This document shows positions 49,815 to 58,507 of a stretch of DNA of 64,000 nt, in pieces. Position 1 is the first letter of the stretch. Every line of letters begins with the position of its first letter. The notes under the pieces were generated by a model. The model was not told the DNA's origin. It did no database searches and saw nothing but the letters and a program-made list of their open reading frames with translations. Source of the DNA: Candidatus Poribacteria bacterium (GTDB taxonomy: Bacteria > Poribacteria > WGA-4E > WGA-3G); NCBI GenBank assembly GCA_963665235.2, contig CAXXLX010000001.1, positions 736,001 through 800,000 of the forward strand, read 5' to 3'. The position numbers and the translations under genes are program-made.

Positions 49815-50720
49815 TCACTTACGCTTTTTTGGGGTTCGGCCCAGTAAGAATTTTGCCAATACATCCCCGTAGTCCTCATTTATACAGATACGGTGATAGT
49901 CTATTTCGGTGTCGCGGCTGACCTCGTCCATGCTTTCGAGATATACCTCAAGGGCGCGGCGGTATTGTGTGCCGATGATAATTGGGTCTGCCAGCAAGGG
50001 TTCACCACCTTCCATATCGACAAACCGCATCGGTCGGTCGAATTCAAAATCCAGTTCGTTCTGTTCGATGAGATGAAACACCGCCACGTCATGTTTTCGG
50101 AATCGGAGGTGTTCGAAACAGTTGCGCGCCACTTCCGGTTCAATAAAAAGGTCTGAAAGGATGACAATCAGTGCGCGTTGCGGGATGCGTTCGGCAGCTT
50201 CGTGTAACGTGTCCGCCAGTCCTGTCTCGCCTGTCGGTTCAGCGGCACCGAGTTCATCAAGAACTGTGCTGAGATGGGTTGCACTCCGCTTTGGCGGAAT
50301 CTCTTTGTGAAATCTGTCTCCCGCGCAATAGAGCCCAACAGCATCGCCTTGAAGTGCAGCGATATAGGCGAGGGTGCCGCCGATGCGTCGTGCGTAATCG
50401 AGTTTACTCATACCGTTGTAAGCGAAACCCATCGACCCGCTGGTATCGACAATTAGGCACATACGTAGGTTTGTGTCGGCTTCAAACTCCTTGATATAAT
50501 AGCGGTCGTTCCGGGCATAAGCACGCCAATCGAGTCGTCGGGTATCATCGCCTGGGACGTACTTTCGGTATTCAGCGAATTCTAGGCTGGAACCGCGAAT
50601 CGGGCTGCGGTGTTTGCCGGACACATTACCTATCATCGGCAACCGGGCATGCAATTGCAGCGTTGAAAGCCGCTCCAACACCCCCTGGTCGAGATAATCC
50701 CGTTTGAGTTGCAGTGCCAT
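49815..50720 (-). CDS. DUF58 domain protein
   Basis: G.HRS...G.SLEFAEYRKYVPGDD.RRLDW, VDTSGSM, ILSD. Confidence 0.93.
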   Translation of the reverse strand: MALQLKRDYLDQGVLERLSTLQLHARLPMIGNVSGKHRSPIRGSSLEFAEYRKYVPGDDTRRLDWRAYARNDRYYIKEFEADTNLRMCLIVDTSGSMGFAYNGMSKLDYARRIGGTLAYIAALQGDAVGLYCAGDRFHKEIPPKRSATHLSTVLDELGAAEPTGETGLADTLHEAAERIPQRALIVILSDLFIEPEVARNCFEHLRFRKHDVAVFHLIEQNELDFEFDRPMRFVDMEGGEPLLADPIIIGTQYRRALEVYLESMDEVSRDTEIDYHRICINEDYGDVLAKFLLGRTPKKRK

Positions 50721-50731
50721 AATTTATCCTT

Positions 50732-51748
50732 TTACGCTTCAGACAGCTCTTCAACGAGTCGTTCAACGATATCCTGGCTGGTGATATTTTCAGATTCAGC
50801 GGCGAAGGAGGTAATGACACGGTGTGCTAATACCGGGTTTGCCACTGCAATGACATCTTCAAGCCGTGCCATGTAGCTGCCGCTCAGCGCAGCACGTGCC
50901 TTAGCCCCGAGGATTAGGTATTGGACTGCACGCGGGCCGGCCCCCCAAGCGACGAGCGGTTTAAGCCAATCCGGGGAAGCATCATCTTTCGGCCGCGTGC
51001 TACGCGCTAAGTCAACAGCGAATTCGTAGATGTGCCCGGATACAGGAACGCGTCGAACAAGATTCTGAAACGCTATAACCCGCTCACCTGTTAAAACGTG
51101 TTCCAGCATTGGCAGTGCTAAGCCGGTTGTAGTTCGGGCAATTTCAATCTCTTCAGCGCGTTCCGGATAGTCCACCTCAATCCTGAACATAAACCGATCG
51201 AGTTGTGCCTCCGGCAGCGGATATGTCCCCTCCTGCTCAATCGGATTTTGCGTGGCTAACACAAAAAACGGTGGTGCAAGTTGGTAGGTCCTACCAATTA
51301 CGGTGATTCTGTATTCCTGCATTGCCTCCAGCATGGCGGCCTGTGTTTTTGAAGGGGCACGGTTAATCTCATCGGCAAGGATCAGATTAGCAAAGAGTGG
51401 CCCTTTTACGAACTCAAACTCACGTTTTCCGCCCGGAATTTCTTGAAGGATGTCAGTGCCAGTGATGTCCATCGGCATCAGATCAGGGGTGAATTGGATT
51501 CGACTGAACTGCAATGCCATCGTTTCGGCGAACCGACTGACTAACAAGGTTTTTGCCAAGCCAGGTACGCCCATCAACAATGCATGTCCCTGCGAAAATA
51601 GACAAATTGCAAGGTGTTCAATCACCTGCTCCTGCCCGATGATAATTTTGGCAAGTGATTCTTTCAACTGGCCGTAGACATCACGGAGTTCATCAATTGC
51701 AGCAACGTCATCGTCGTGCATTGCGTCAATATCTTGTGGTGTTTGCAT
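50732..51748 (-). CDS. moxR: MoxR-family AAA+ ATPase
   Basis: GVPGLAKT, RIQFTPDLMPMD, LADEINRA, ATQNPIEQEGTYPLPEAQLDRF. Confidence 0.95.
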   Translation of the reverse strand: MQTPQDIDAMHDDDVAAIDELRDVYGQLKESLAKIIIGQEQVIEHLAICLFSQGHALLMGVPGLAKTLLVSRFAETMALQFSRIQFTPDLMPMDITGTDILQEIPGGKREFEFVKGPLFANLILADEINRAPSKTQAAMLEAMQEYRITVIGRTYQLAPPFFVLATQNPIEQEGTYPLPEAQLDRFMFRIEVDYPERAEEIEIARTTTGLALPMLEHVLTGERVIAFQNLVRRVPVSGHIYEFAVDLARSTRPKDDASPDWLKPLVAWGAGPRAVQYLILGAKARAALSGSYMARLEDVIAVANPVLAHRVITSFAAESENITSQDIVERLVEELSEA

Positions 51749-51820
51749 AATTTTTCCTTTATTAGGGGGTATCGGTTGTCTGTTGACTGTCAATTGTTAA
51801 TTGCTAATCTCGGTGCCATT

Positions 51821-52471
51821 TTACAGCACCGCGGCAGGCTGTTCGTTCGATGTCCTCTGTGGGTAATGTCCATTGCAGCTCGCTTTGAATACAGCATCAA
51901 CTGCTCCGAAGAGGCGGGGCAAATCGTACATTGTCACACTTATTCTGTTTCGGGTGAAATCCTCGCCGACAAGCTGCCCAAATTGCCAAGTCGTTCCATC
52001 GCTCACAATACCGTAGACAGGACAATCGGCATCCTCGTTAATTTTTTGTAAGGCTACTAACACTGCTATGCATTGCCCCCACCCCTGCTCGAAATCGTTT
52101 TTCTTTGCTTCAACGAGGATTATCAACGGTGTTCCAACAACGGGGATGCCCAATTCAGACCTGGTAGCGATGAAGTAATCCGGTGTACCGCTAAGCGTTT
52201 CATCGTAAGAGATAGATTTCTTAATCCAGAGTGCGTAATCGTCTGCGTACCCCTTATAGATTTCCTTCAAAATCGGGAAAATTATCGCCTCACAACGTGC
52301 CGCCTCGGAGGCGAAAACATCGATGTGTTGTAAGCAAAACTCAAATTCCTTCAAAAATTGTTCGGAGGGGGTACCTGGGGTTTCCTCGATGTGGACAAAA
52401 TCTTTTACGGCATATCTGATTCTGAATTTCTCTAGGACTTCGGAAATCGTTTTGAAATCGCTAAAAGCCAT
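51821..52471 (-). CDS. Hypothetical PD-(D/E)xK-fold protein (HsdR_N-like)
   Basis: G.PDY...LVEAKK..F.QGWGQC.A...VYGIVSDG..WQF; RBS AGGAGG. Confidence 0.7.
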   Translation of the reverse strand: MAFSDFKTISEVLEKFRIRYAVKDFVHIEETPGTPSEQFLKEFEFCLQHIDVFASEAARCEAIIFPILKEIYKGYADDYALWIKKSISYDETLSGTPDYFIATRSELGIPVVGTPLIILVEAKKNDFEQGWGQCIAVLVALQKINEDADCPVYGIVSDGTTWQFGQLVGEDFTRNRISVTMYDLPRLFGAVDAVFKASCNGHYPQRTSNEQPAAVL

Positions 52472-52491
52472 GTGTACAACCTCCTATTTTA

Positions 52492-52643
52492 ACCTAAGTT
52501 GCCACATAGTAGCATAATCTTCCAGATTGTGCATATTTGTGTGCAAACTAAAAGTGGACGCTACAAATATTACCTAATTATCAGCATATTTTCATTAAAG
52601 ACGGTGTTTCTAGGTCTAAAAACTTATAAGTAGCAACTTGGGT
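52492..52643 (+). mobile_element. MITE-A, single 152-bp unit
   Basis: ACCTAAGTTGC...GCAACTTGGGT with a perfect 7-bp duplication TATTTTA. Confidence 0.9.
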
Positions 52644-52654
52644 TATTTTAGAAT

Positions 52655-52684
52655 ATTGTAGCATATTACTGGGAGATATGTCAA
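52655..52684 (-). promoter_or_regulatory. sigma70 promoter heading the 52471/moxR transcription unit
   Basis: TTGACA-N18-TACAAT with an extended -10 TG. Confidence 0.6.
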
Positions 52685-52709
52685 GGATTGAGGAATCTCT
52701 GGTATCTAA

Positions 52710-52825
52710 TACCATTTCTAATTGAAAATGTCTCTTTCTTGTAGCATAAACTTCCAGTTTGGGTCTTCCGTTCTCCGTTTCATTTCTAACAACTAGTAAT
52801 GGTAGAATAATTAATAAAAATGGTA
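52710..52825 (+). mobile_element. MITE-B, minimal 116-bp unit with one REP hairpin
   Basis: TACCATTT...AAATGGTA with TAA duplicated on both sides. Confidence 0.9.
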
Positions 52826-52876
52826 TAACTATAGTGACGCTAGTTAGCCGCAAAACGGTTGCTTAATTCTACCTCC

Positions 52877-54331
52877 TTAGTATCGATACCGTCGAGTGTA
52901 TCGCTGCGCTTGCGGCAGCAATTCTATATTTTTATCCATCCACTGTAGCCGAGTTTCCAACCATGTTTTCATCGCTTGCACCTCTCCTTCATAAGTGCGT
53001 TCTCCAGGTCCGGGGTTACCGAAAATGGAACGTCCGAGTACACGCCACCTCTCGAAGTTTCGCTTTTGTGCTTCGGAGAGGTATTCAGCAGTCCTATCAA
53101 TTTCGCCGAGGATTTCTGATGTAGCGAGTTGGTTTTTACGAAGTGTTTTCCACTTCTTAACCAGTTCCTGTTTGAAGTTTTCGTCCGATAAGAGACGATG
53201 CCACCAAAAAGGAACAGGGTTAGTATAGATAAGCCAACTATCGGTTTCCCAACCGTTATGGAAAACCGTATTCCCCATAGATAAATTGAAATCCCAGACC
53301 GGGCCCATCGCAAGTTTGCCCCCTCTATCTTTGTACATATAGGTGCTGTTGCGAAATCCGTCGGTGTTTTTGAAAAGCTCGTTGATGATGAAATGGTCGA
53401 TGAAAGAATCTACGTCAATATACTTGACATAGCCGAGTTCGGGGTCTTTAAAATGCGGTCCGGCTAATGCGACTTCAAACATGCTCATATAATCCTGAAT
53501 CCACGTTTTTTGTCCCTGTGGCATCCTGTGCCCTTTCGGATATACGTTGGCTAGACGTGTTCCTTGCCACGTATAGAAAAACGTCTCATTTCTGTCCATT
53601 TTGTCGATTTTGATTATATACCCACCAGTGATTTCCGGGGGGGTGTTGTGAGTTGGCTGCAAGGATTGAATATCGACGCGGTCTTTTCCGCGTTTAATCT
53701 TTTCTATCAGTAGATAGACACCGACATAATGTCGAGCTTGAATAGTCTTATCCCCATTCGTATTGAGAAACACCTCAACAAACTTTGTTCTGCTTGCATA
53801 TCTGCCGATTCGATTGCTGAACTCATAAGCCAAATAGTTCCGCATGAGAGTTTTATCGGAGTAAGGGCCATTCAGCACCCAATCAGATTCGGCGGGCAGT
53901 TCTAAGATAGATACATCCGTGTCATTACCTGCATCGTCCCTGAATTCAAAACCGTACTGTCTTTTTGGAAACATTTGCGAGGTTTGTCCTCTCACCTCTA
54001 TTCCGATTTTTCCCTCGAAATGTACGTGTGAACTCTCCAAACCGTTCCTACCACCGGACTCATCGTAAATGATTTTCATCCGGGCAGGAATTTTGGGCTC
54101 ACTCGGAATCCATCTGTCGTCCGTATCGATAATAACGAGCGGTAAATTTGACGTGTGTTGCCAGGGCTGGTTCCCGAAGGTTTGTCTATTTCCGAAATCT
54201 CGGCGGTTCCGGAAGCCTCGCCGGTCGGCTGTGCTTTCTTGCCGACGCGTGTTATCACCTGCGCAGCTTATGAGTATGGCAAATATGAGACTGCTTAGCA
54301 GCAGAAGTACTGTTTTTCTCGAAGGATACAT
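52877..54331 (-). CDS. CotH kinase family protein, probable lipoprotein
   Basis: IEVRGQTS..FPK, SDKTLMRN, YVGVY.L.E, NTDG, GPVWDFNL; lipobox-like LISC. Confidence 0.88.
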   Translation of the reverse strand: MYPSRKTVLLLLSSLIFAILISCAGDNTRRQESTADRRGFRNRRDFGNRQTFGNQPWQHTSNLPLVIIDTDDRWIPSEPKIPARMKIIYDESGGRNGLESSHVHFEGKIGIEVRGQTSQMFPKRQYGFEFRDDAGNDTDVSILELPAESDWVLNGPYSDKTLMRNYLAYEFSNRIGRYASRTKFVEVFLNTNGDKTIQARHYVGVYLLIEKIKRGKDRVDIQSLQPTHNTPPEITGGYIIKIDKMDRNETFFYTWQGTRLANVYPKGHRMPQGQKTWIQDYMSMFEVALAGPHFKDPELGYVKYIDVDSFIDHFIINELFKNTDGFRNSTYMYKDRGGKLAMGPVWDFNLSMGNTVFHNGWETDSWLIYTNPVPFWWHRLLSDENFKQELVKKWKTLRKNQLATSEILGEIDRTAEYLSEAQKRNFERWRVLGRSIFGNPGPGERTYEGEVQAMKTWLETRLQWMDKNIELLPQAQRYTRRYRY

Positions 54332-54458
54332 CTTCAGGGCCTCTTTCAGGGTAAAATGAACTGAGTTATGATATCGTATGTGCATTTCCTGTCCGTTGGA
54401 GGTGTTAAACAAAAATAAGCCATAAAAAATGTCTTACGGGTTGTTGGCGAATGAATTG

Positions 54459-54612
54459 TTTTATGACCATTTTTATGGCCATTTTTGGAGCTTTCATGAC
54501 CATTTTTATGACCATTTTTGGAGCTTTCATGACCATTTTTATGACCATTTTTGGAGCTTTCATGACCATTTTTATGACCATTTTTGGAGCTTTCATGACC
54601 ATTTTTGGAGCT
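54459..54612. repeat. 33-bp VNTR (about 4.5 copies) between the cotH promoter and start
   Basis: Unit ATGACCATTTTTGGAGCTTTCATGACCATTTTT, built from 12- and 21-bp subunits. Confidence 0.9.
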
Positions 54613-54676
54613 ATTCGCGAGTTTTTAGATATAATAAATGTTTAGCGAGTGAACCATTTAAGTGACGTTATCTCGA

Positions 54677-54764
54677 ATTATACATTTTTTTCTGTGAAGT
54701 TGTCAAATGAAAATGAAATCCCCAAAAAAGTCACTTGACAACATCTTGTGTAAAATGATACAAT
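54677..54764. promoter_or_regulatory. Back-to-back divergent sigma70 promoters
   Basis: Minus strand TTGACA-N18-TATAAT (54677-54706); plus strand TTGACA-N18-TACAAT (54735-54764). Confidence 0.7.
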
Positions 54765-54797
54765 CAATTGGTAACGTTAAAAAGAGAGGAGAAAGAT

Positions 54798-55904
54798 ATG
54801 GCATCACAAACTGAATTAAAGGCACTGTTGGATACACCTATTGCCTTAGCACCGAATACCTACCTGCATTTTTACAATGGCGGAAAACTTCGTGCGGAGT
54901 TTATGGGCGAACCTGACCCGAAAGATGACTACTACTCTGAAGAATGGATTTTTTCAACGAATAGGGCAATCACCCCCGGTAGAGAAAATCCGCCAGACAA
55001 AGGGTTTAGCCGGGTCGAACTGCCGAGTGGTGAAGTAGTCTTACTTAAGGCATTGTTGGATGCATTTCCGGAGGAGACACTCGGCAGCACACACGTTGCG
55101 AAATACGGCACTGACCTAGGGGTGCTCCTCAAAATTTTTGATGTCGGTGAAGGGGCACATATCCCTATCCATTGGCATCCGAATCCGGATTTTGCCCAGG
55201 AACATCTCAACTCGCCTTTCGGCAAAAATGAGGCGTGGATTTTAATTGGCACACGCCCCGGAGCAAAGGCATGGATAGGATGGAAGGAGGCGATAGACAA
55301 AGCTGAATTCCGCAGGCTGATGGAAGCACAAGATGTGCAAACCTTACGAAGCTTGATGCATGTCGTTGAACCGAAGGTGGGAGAGGTCTATTTCTTACGG
55401 ACCCCGATTGTGCATTCGCTTGGCACAGGGCTCTGTGTGCTTGAACCGCAAGAGCCCACCGATTGGAACATCCTTGCTGAATGGAAAGGATTTCCGTACG
55501 GCAAGGAGGATGGGCACCTCGGGCTCGGCTGGGATTTAGCGGTAGATGCGGCTGAATTTGATAAACTGGAATTGGACTATCTCAACAACTACATACGGCG
55601 TACCCCCGAACTTGTCAGAGGTGAAGGCGACAACCGAGAAGACCGTATTGTGCCAGCAGAGGCATCGCAATTTTTCGGGTGTTCCCGTTTGACAGTGGGC
55701 TCTACGTTAGATATGCCAGCAGGGAAGGGGTTCTATGCCCTCGTGACGTTAGGTGGTGAAGGCGTACTCCGTGGTGATTTCGCGGATGTCCCGCTCAAAC
55801 GCGGTAAATCCGTTTTCATTCCGCGATGTTTACCCGGTTATGAGATTGTCAGCACAAGCAACACGCCAATGGAGGTTATCTGTTGTTATCCACCGAGCGT
55901 TTAA
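54798..55904 (+). CDS. Class I mannose-6-phosphate isomerase-like cupin
   Basis: LLKIFD...IHWHP...GKNEAW...VHSLG...EPQEPTD; RBS GAGGAG. Confidence 0.8.
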   Translation: MASQTELKALLDTPIALAPNTYLHFYNGGKLRAEFMGEPDPKDDYYSEEWIFSTNRAITPGRENPPDKGFSRVELPSGEVVLLKALLDAFPEETLGSTHVAKYGTDLGVLLKIFDVGEGAHIPIHWHPNPDFAQEHLNSPFGKNEAWILIGTRPGAKAWIGWKEAIDKAEFRRLMEAQDVQTLRSLMHVVEPKVGEVYFLRTPIVHSLGTGLCVLEPQEPTDWNILAEWKGFPYGKEDGHLGLGWDLAVDAAEFDKLELDYLNNYIRRTPELVRGEGDNREDRIVPAEASQFFGCSRLTVGSTLDMPAGKGFYALVTLGGEGVLRGDFADVPLKRGKSVFIPRCLPGYEIVSTSNTPMEVICCYPPSV

Positions 55905-55992
55905 TGGAATAAGCACACGCTGTAAGGTTGTGTTCTACAAATAGAGGTGGAGCCCCGTTTCTGAAGAAAAATTTCAGCAGAGCTCATTACTC

Positions 55993-57207
55993 ATGTTAGA
56001 CTTTAAACCCCCTAAACCGAATACGGTTGCGATTAAGGTTGCCAAATCAATTGTGCCACTTGCGAATCGTTGGTTTTTGAAGGGGCTCACTTTGGAAATT
56101 GATGATGCCTCTGTGGGGCATCTAAAGATGACTCACGGATCTCCTACGGTTTTAGCTCCGAATCACGCGGCCTCCGCTGACCCGGCTGTTATGTTTCTGT
56201 TATCAAAACGGCTCTCTCAGCCGTACTACTATATGGCAGCACGGGAAAGTTTTGATAAGGGGCGTTTTGGGGGTATCCGAAGCTTTTTGATGCAACAGTT
56301 AGGAGCATATTCCATTGTGCGCGGCACAGTGGATAGAAATGCCTTCCGAACGACCCGGCAACTTCTCACTGAGGGAAAATGGCCGCTTGTCATCTTCGGA
56401 GAGGGGGAGATTTCACACCAGAATGACACCGTCATGCGGTTTGAGCGCGGCATTACCCAACTCTGTTTCTGGGCTTTGGACGATATTAAAAAGGCGGGAA
56501 CTACGAAACCGCTCTATATTGTACCAATCGGTATCAAATATCGCTATACACAAGACATGTGGCACGTTATTGATACCGCGCTAACAAAATTAGAGCGAAA
56601 TATTCTGCCCACTACAGCCCGAACGCCGGTAGAACGATACCAACGCTTGAGACGTATCGGGATAGCCGTGTTGTCAACACTTGCGGAGGAATATCAATTT
56701 AAAGTGGACCTCACCGCTTCCCTCAATGAGCAAATTCGGGGCTTAAAGGAACAGATATTATCCCACGCTGAGCAAATTATGGGAACGAAGACCGATGGCG
56801 ATATTCTTACGCGGGTTCGCGCATTGAAGAACACTGTTGATGTTGAAGTCTATAGAGATGTTGAACAGGCGACGGAGTACGAACGAAAAATACATGAAGA
56901 ACTCCTCCAGAAATTTCAACAATTCTATCCGGATTTAAATCGGTTAATTAATTTTATCGCGATTTCTGATGGATATGTCGCTGAAGACCACTCCCCGGAA
57001 CGTTACCTTGAGGTAATTTTTCGGTTGGAAACAGAGGTCTTTGGGACAGCAAAGATATGGGGCTCCCGGGTCGCCTTAATCCGTGCTGGCACGCCTGTAA
57101 ATCTAGCAGAATTCTACGATAACTACAAGACAGAAAAAAAAGAGACAGTCGAACAGATTACCACCGAACTAGAGAGAACGGTTCAGAATTTGGTCATCGG
57201 AAGCTAA
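55993..57207 (+). CDS. Phospholipid/glycerol acyltransferase (PlsC-like)
   Basis: PNH...AD, YMAARE, GAYSI.RG, IFGEGE motifs. Confidence 0.85.
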   Translation: MLDFKPPKPNTVAIKVAKSIVPLANRWFLKGLTLEIDDASVGHLKMTHGSPTVLAPNHAASADPAVMFLLSKRLSQPYYYMAARESFDKGRFGGIRSFLMQQLGAYSIVRGTVDRNAFRTTRQLLTEGKWPLVIFGEGEISHQNDTVMRFERGITQLCFWALDDIKKAGTTKPLYIVPIGIKYRYTQDMWHVIDTALTKLERNILPTTARTPVERYQRLRRIGIAVLSTLAEEYQFKVDLTASLNEQIRGLKEQILSHAEQIMGTKTDGDILTRVRALKNTVDVEVYRDVEQATEYERKIHEELLQKFQQFYPDLNRLINFIAISDGYVAEDHSPERYLEVIFRLETEVFGTAKIWGSRVALIRAGTPVNLAEFYDNYKTEKKETVEQITTELERTVQNLVIGS

Positions 57208-57283
57208 AACAGTAGATACGCTCCGATGTGCTATTCAGAACATAATGGCGATTGGCAAATGCTAATTGCTATAGGAGGAAAAC

Positions 57284-58198
57284 ATGGCAAAAAAATTGTC
57301 AATTGGAAGTTGGGCTTACGCATTTGGCCCATATCAAGACAACCCTGTTCCGTTTGATGATGTCGTTAAACGTCTGGGTGAATTGGAGTTTGATGGCATC
57401 GAAGTCGGCGCATTTAAACCGCATATCGATATTAACGATTACCCGATGAAAAGCGACCGGGACGCTGTCAAAGGCTTAATTGCCTATTACGGTCTGGAGG
57501 TCTCCGGATTGGCAGCTGATTTCTGGTCACACCCCGGCCCGGCAACAGATGAGGCACAAGAGGACGATAAATACTACAAGCTGTTTAAGGAAAACCTCCA
57601 ACTTGCGCTAGATTTAGGGTCGCCATCGATTCGGGTGGACACTGTCACACCTGCTGAGACTGAAATTGAGGGAGTTGACCAGGAAACAGCTTGGAACCGC
57701 ATCGTTTCGCTCTGGCGGCGGTGTGCCCAGGTCGCAGAGGACCACGGCGTTTTACTGCTCTGGGAGTTTGAACCCGGCTTCATGTTCAACAAACCCAGCG
57801 ACATCATCGCTCTGCCACAAGAGGTAGACCACCCTAATTTCAAGGTGTTGTTTGACACATGCCACGCGCAGATGTGTGCAACTGTCGGGGCACGACAGGT
57901 AGGTGACCAGGAGACACTCGGTGATAACGGGGTTGTCGAACTTGCACGTCAACTCAAGGGACAGATTGGGCATTTCCATCTCATCGATTCTGATAATACG
58001 CTCCACGACGATGAAACGAGTACACACGCGCCCTTCGGGGATGGCGTGCTAGACTTTGACGAAATCATCCCGGTCATCATGGACGAAACAGGATACGATG
58101 GGGAGTGGTTCTCAATTGACCTCTGTTTCTGGCCGGAGGCATGGGAGGTCACGGAGAACGCGAAGAAGTTCCTCACCCCCTATCTAGAAAGATATTAA
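57284..58198 (+). CDS. Sugar phosphate isomerase/epimerase (xylose-isomerase-like TIM barrel)
   Basis: FDGIE, WEFEPGF, LFDTCH, HFHLID..., PFGDG.LDF. Confidence 0.85.
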   Translation: MAKKLSIGSWAYAFGPYQDNPVPFDDVVKRLGELEFDGIEVGAFKPHIDINDYPMKSDRDAVKGLIAYYGLEVSGLAADFWSHPGPATDEAQEDDKYYKLFKENLQLALDLGSPSIRVDTVTPAETEIEGVDQETAWNRIVSLWRRCAQVAEDHGVLLLWEFEPGFMFNKPSDIIALPQEVDHPNFKVLFDTCHAQMCATVGARQVGDQETLGDNGVVELARQLKGQIGHFHLIDSDNTLHDDETSTHAPFGDGVLDFDEIIPVIMDETGYDGEWFSIDLCFWPEAWEVTENAKKFLTPYLERY

Positions 58199-58241
58199 GG
58201 AAAGTTATTTAGATGTCGTGGTAGGTGCGGTTCCGAGACCA

Positions 58242-58493
58242 CACCTACCAAGGTGTGCCACATTTCTTTAAATTTTACTGTAGCATCTAATCGGTAAGCC
58301 CAAACAACGTGCCGGGCTGGATATACGGAGGAGAACGTTTTTCTTACATATATCCTCAACGAACCGCACCTACCAAGGTGTGCCACATTTCTTTAAATTT
58401 TACTGTAGCATCTAATCGGTAAGCCCAAACAACGTGCCGGGCTGGATATACGGAGGAGAACGTTTTTCTTACATATATCCTCAACGAACCGCA
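58242..58493 (+). repeat. 125-bp tandem duplication preceded by a GTAG hairpin (GGTAGGTGCGG...CCACACCTACC)
   Basis: CACCTACCAAGGTGTGCC... starts at 58242 and at 58367. Confidence 0.9.
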
Positions 58494-58507
58494 AGGAAAT
58501 ATTAAAA

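Noticed and set aside
20000-51748. Integron cassette array to explain the co-oriented cargo genes
   Set aside because: No integrase and no attC-like sites recognised; intergenic repeats have TIR/TSD structure instead.
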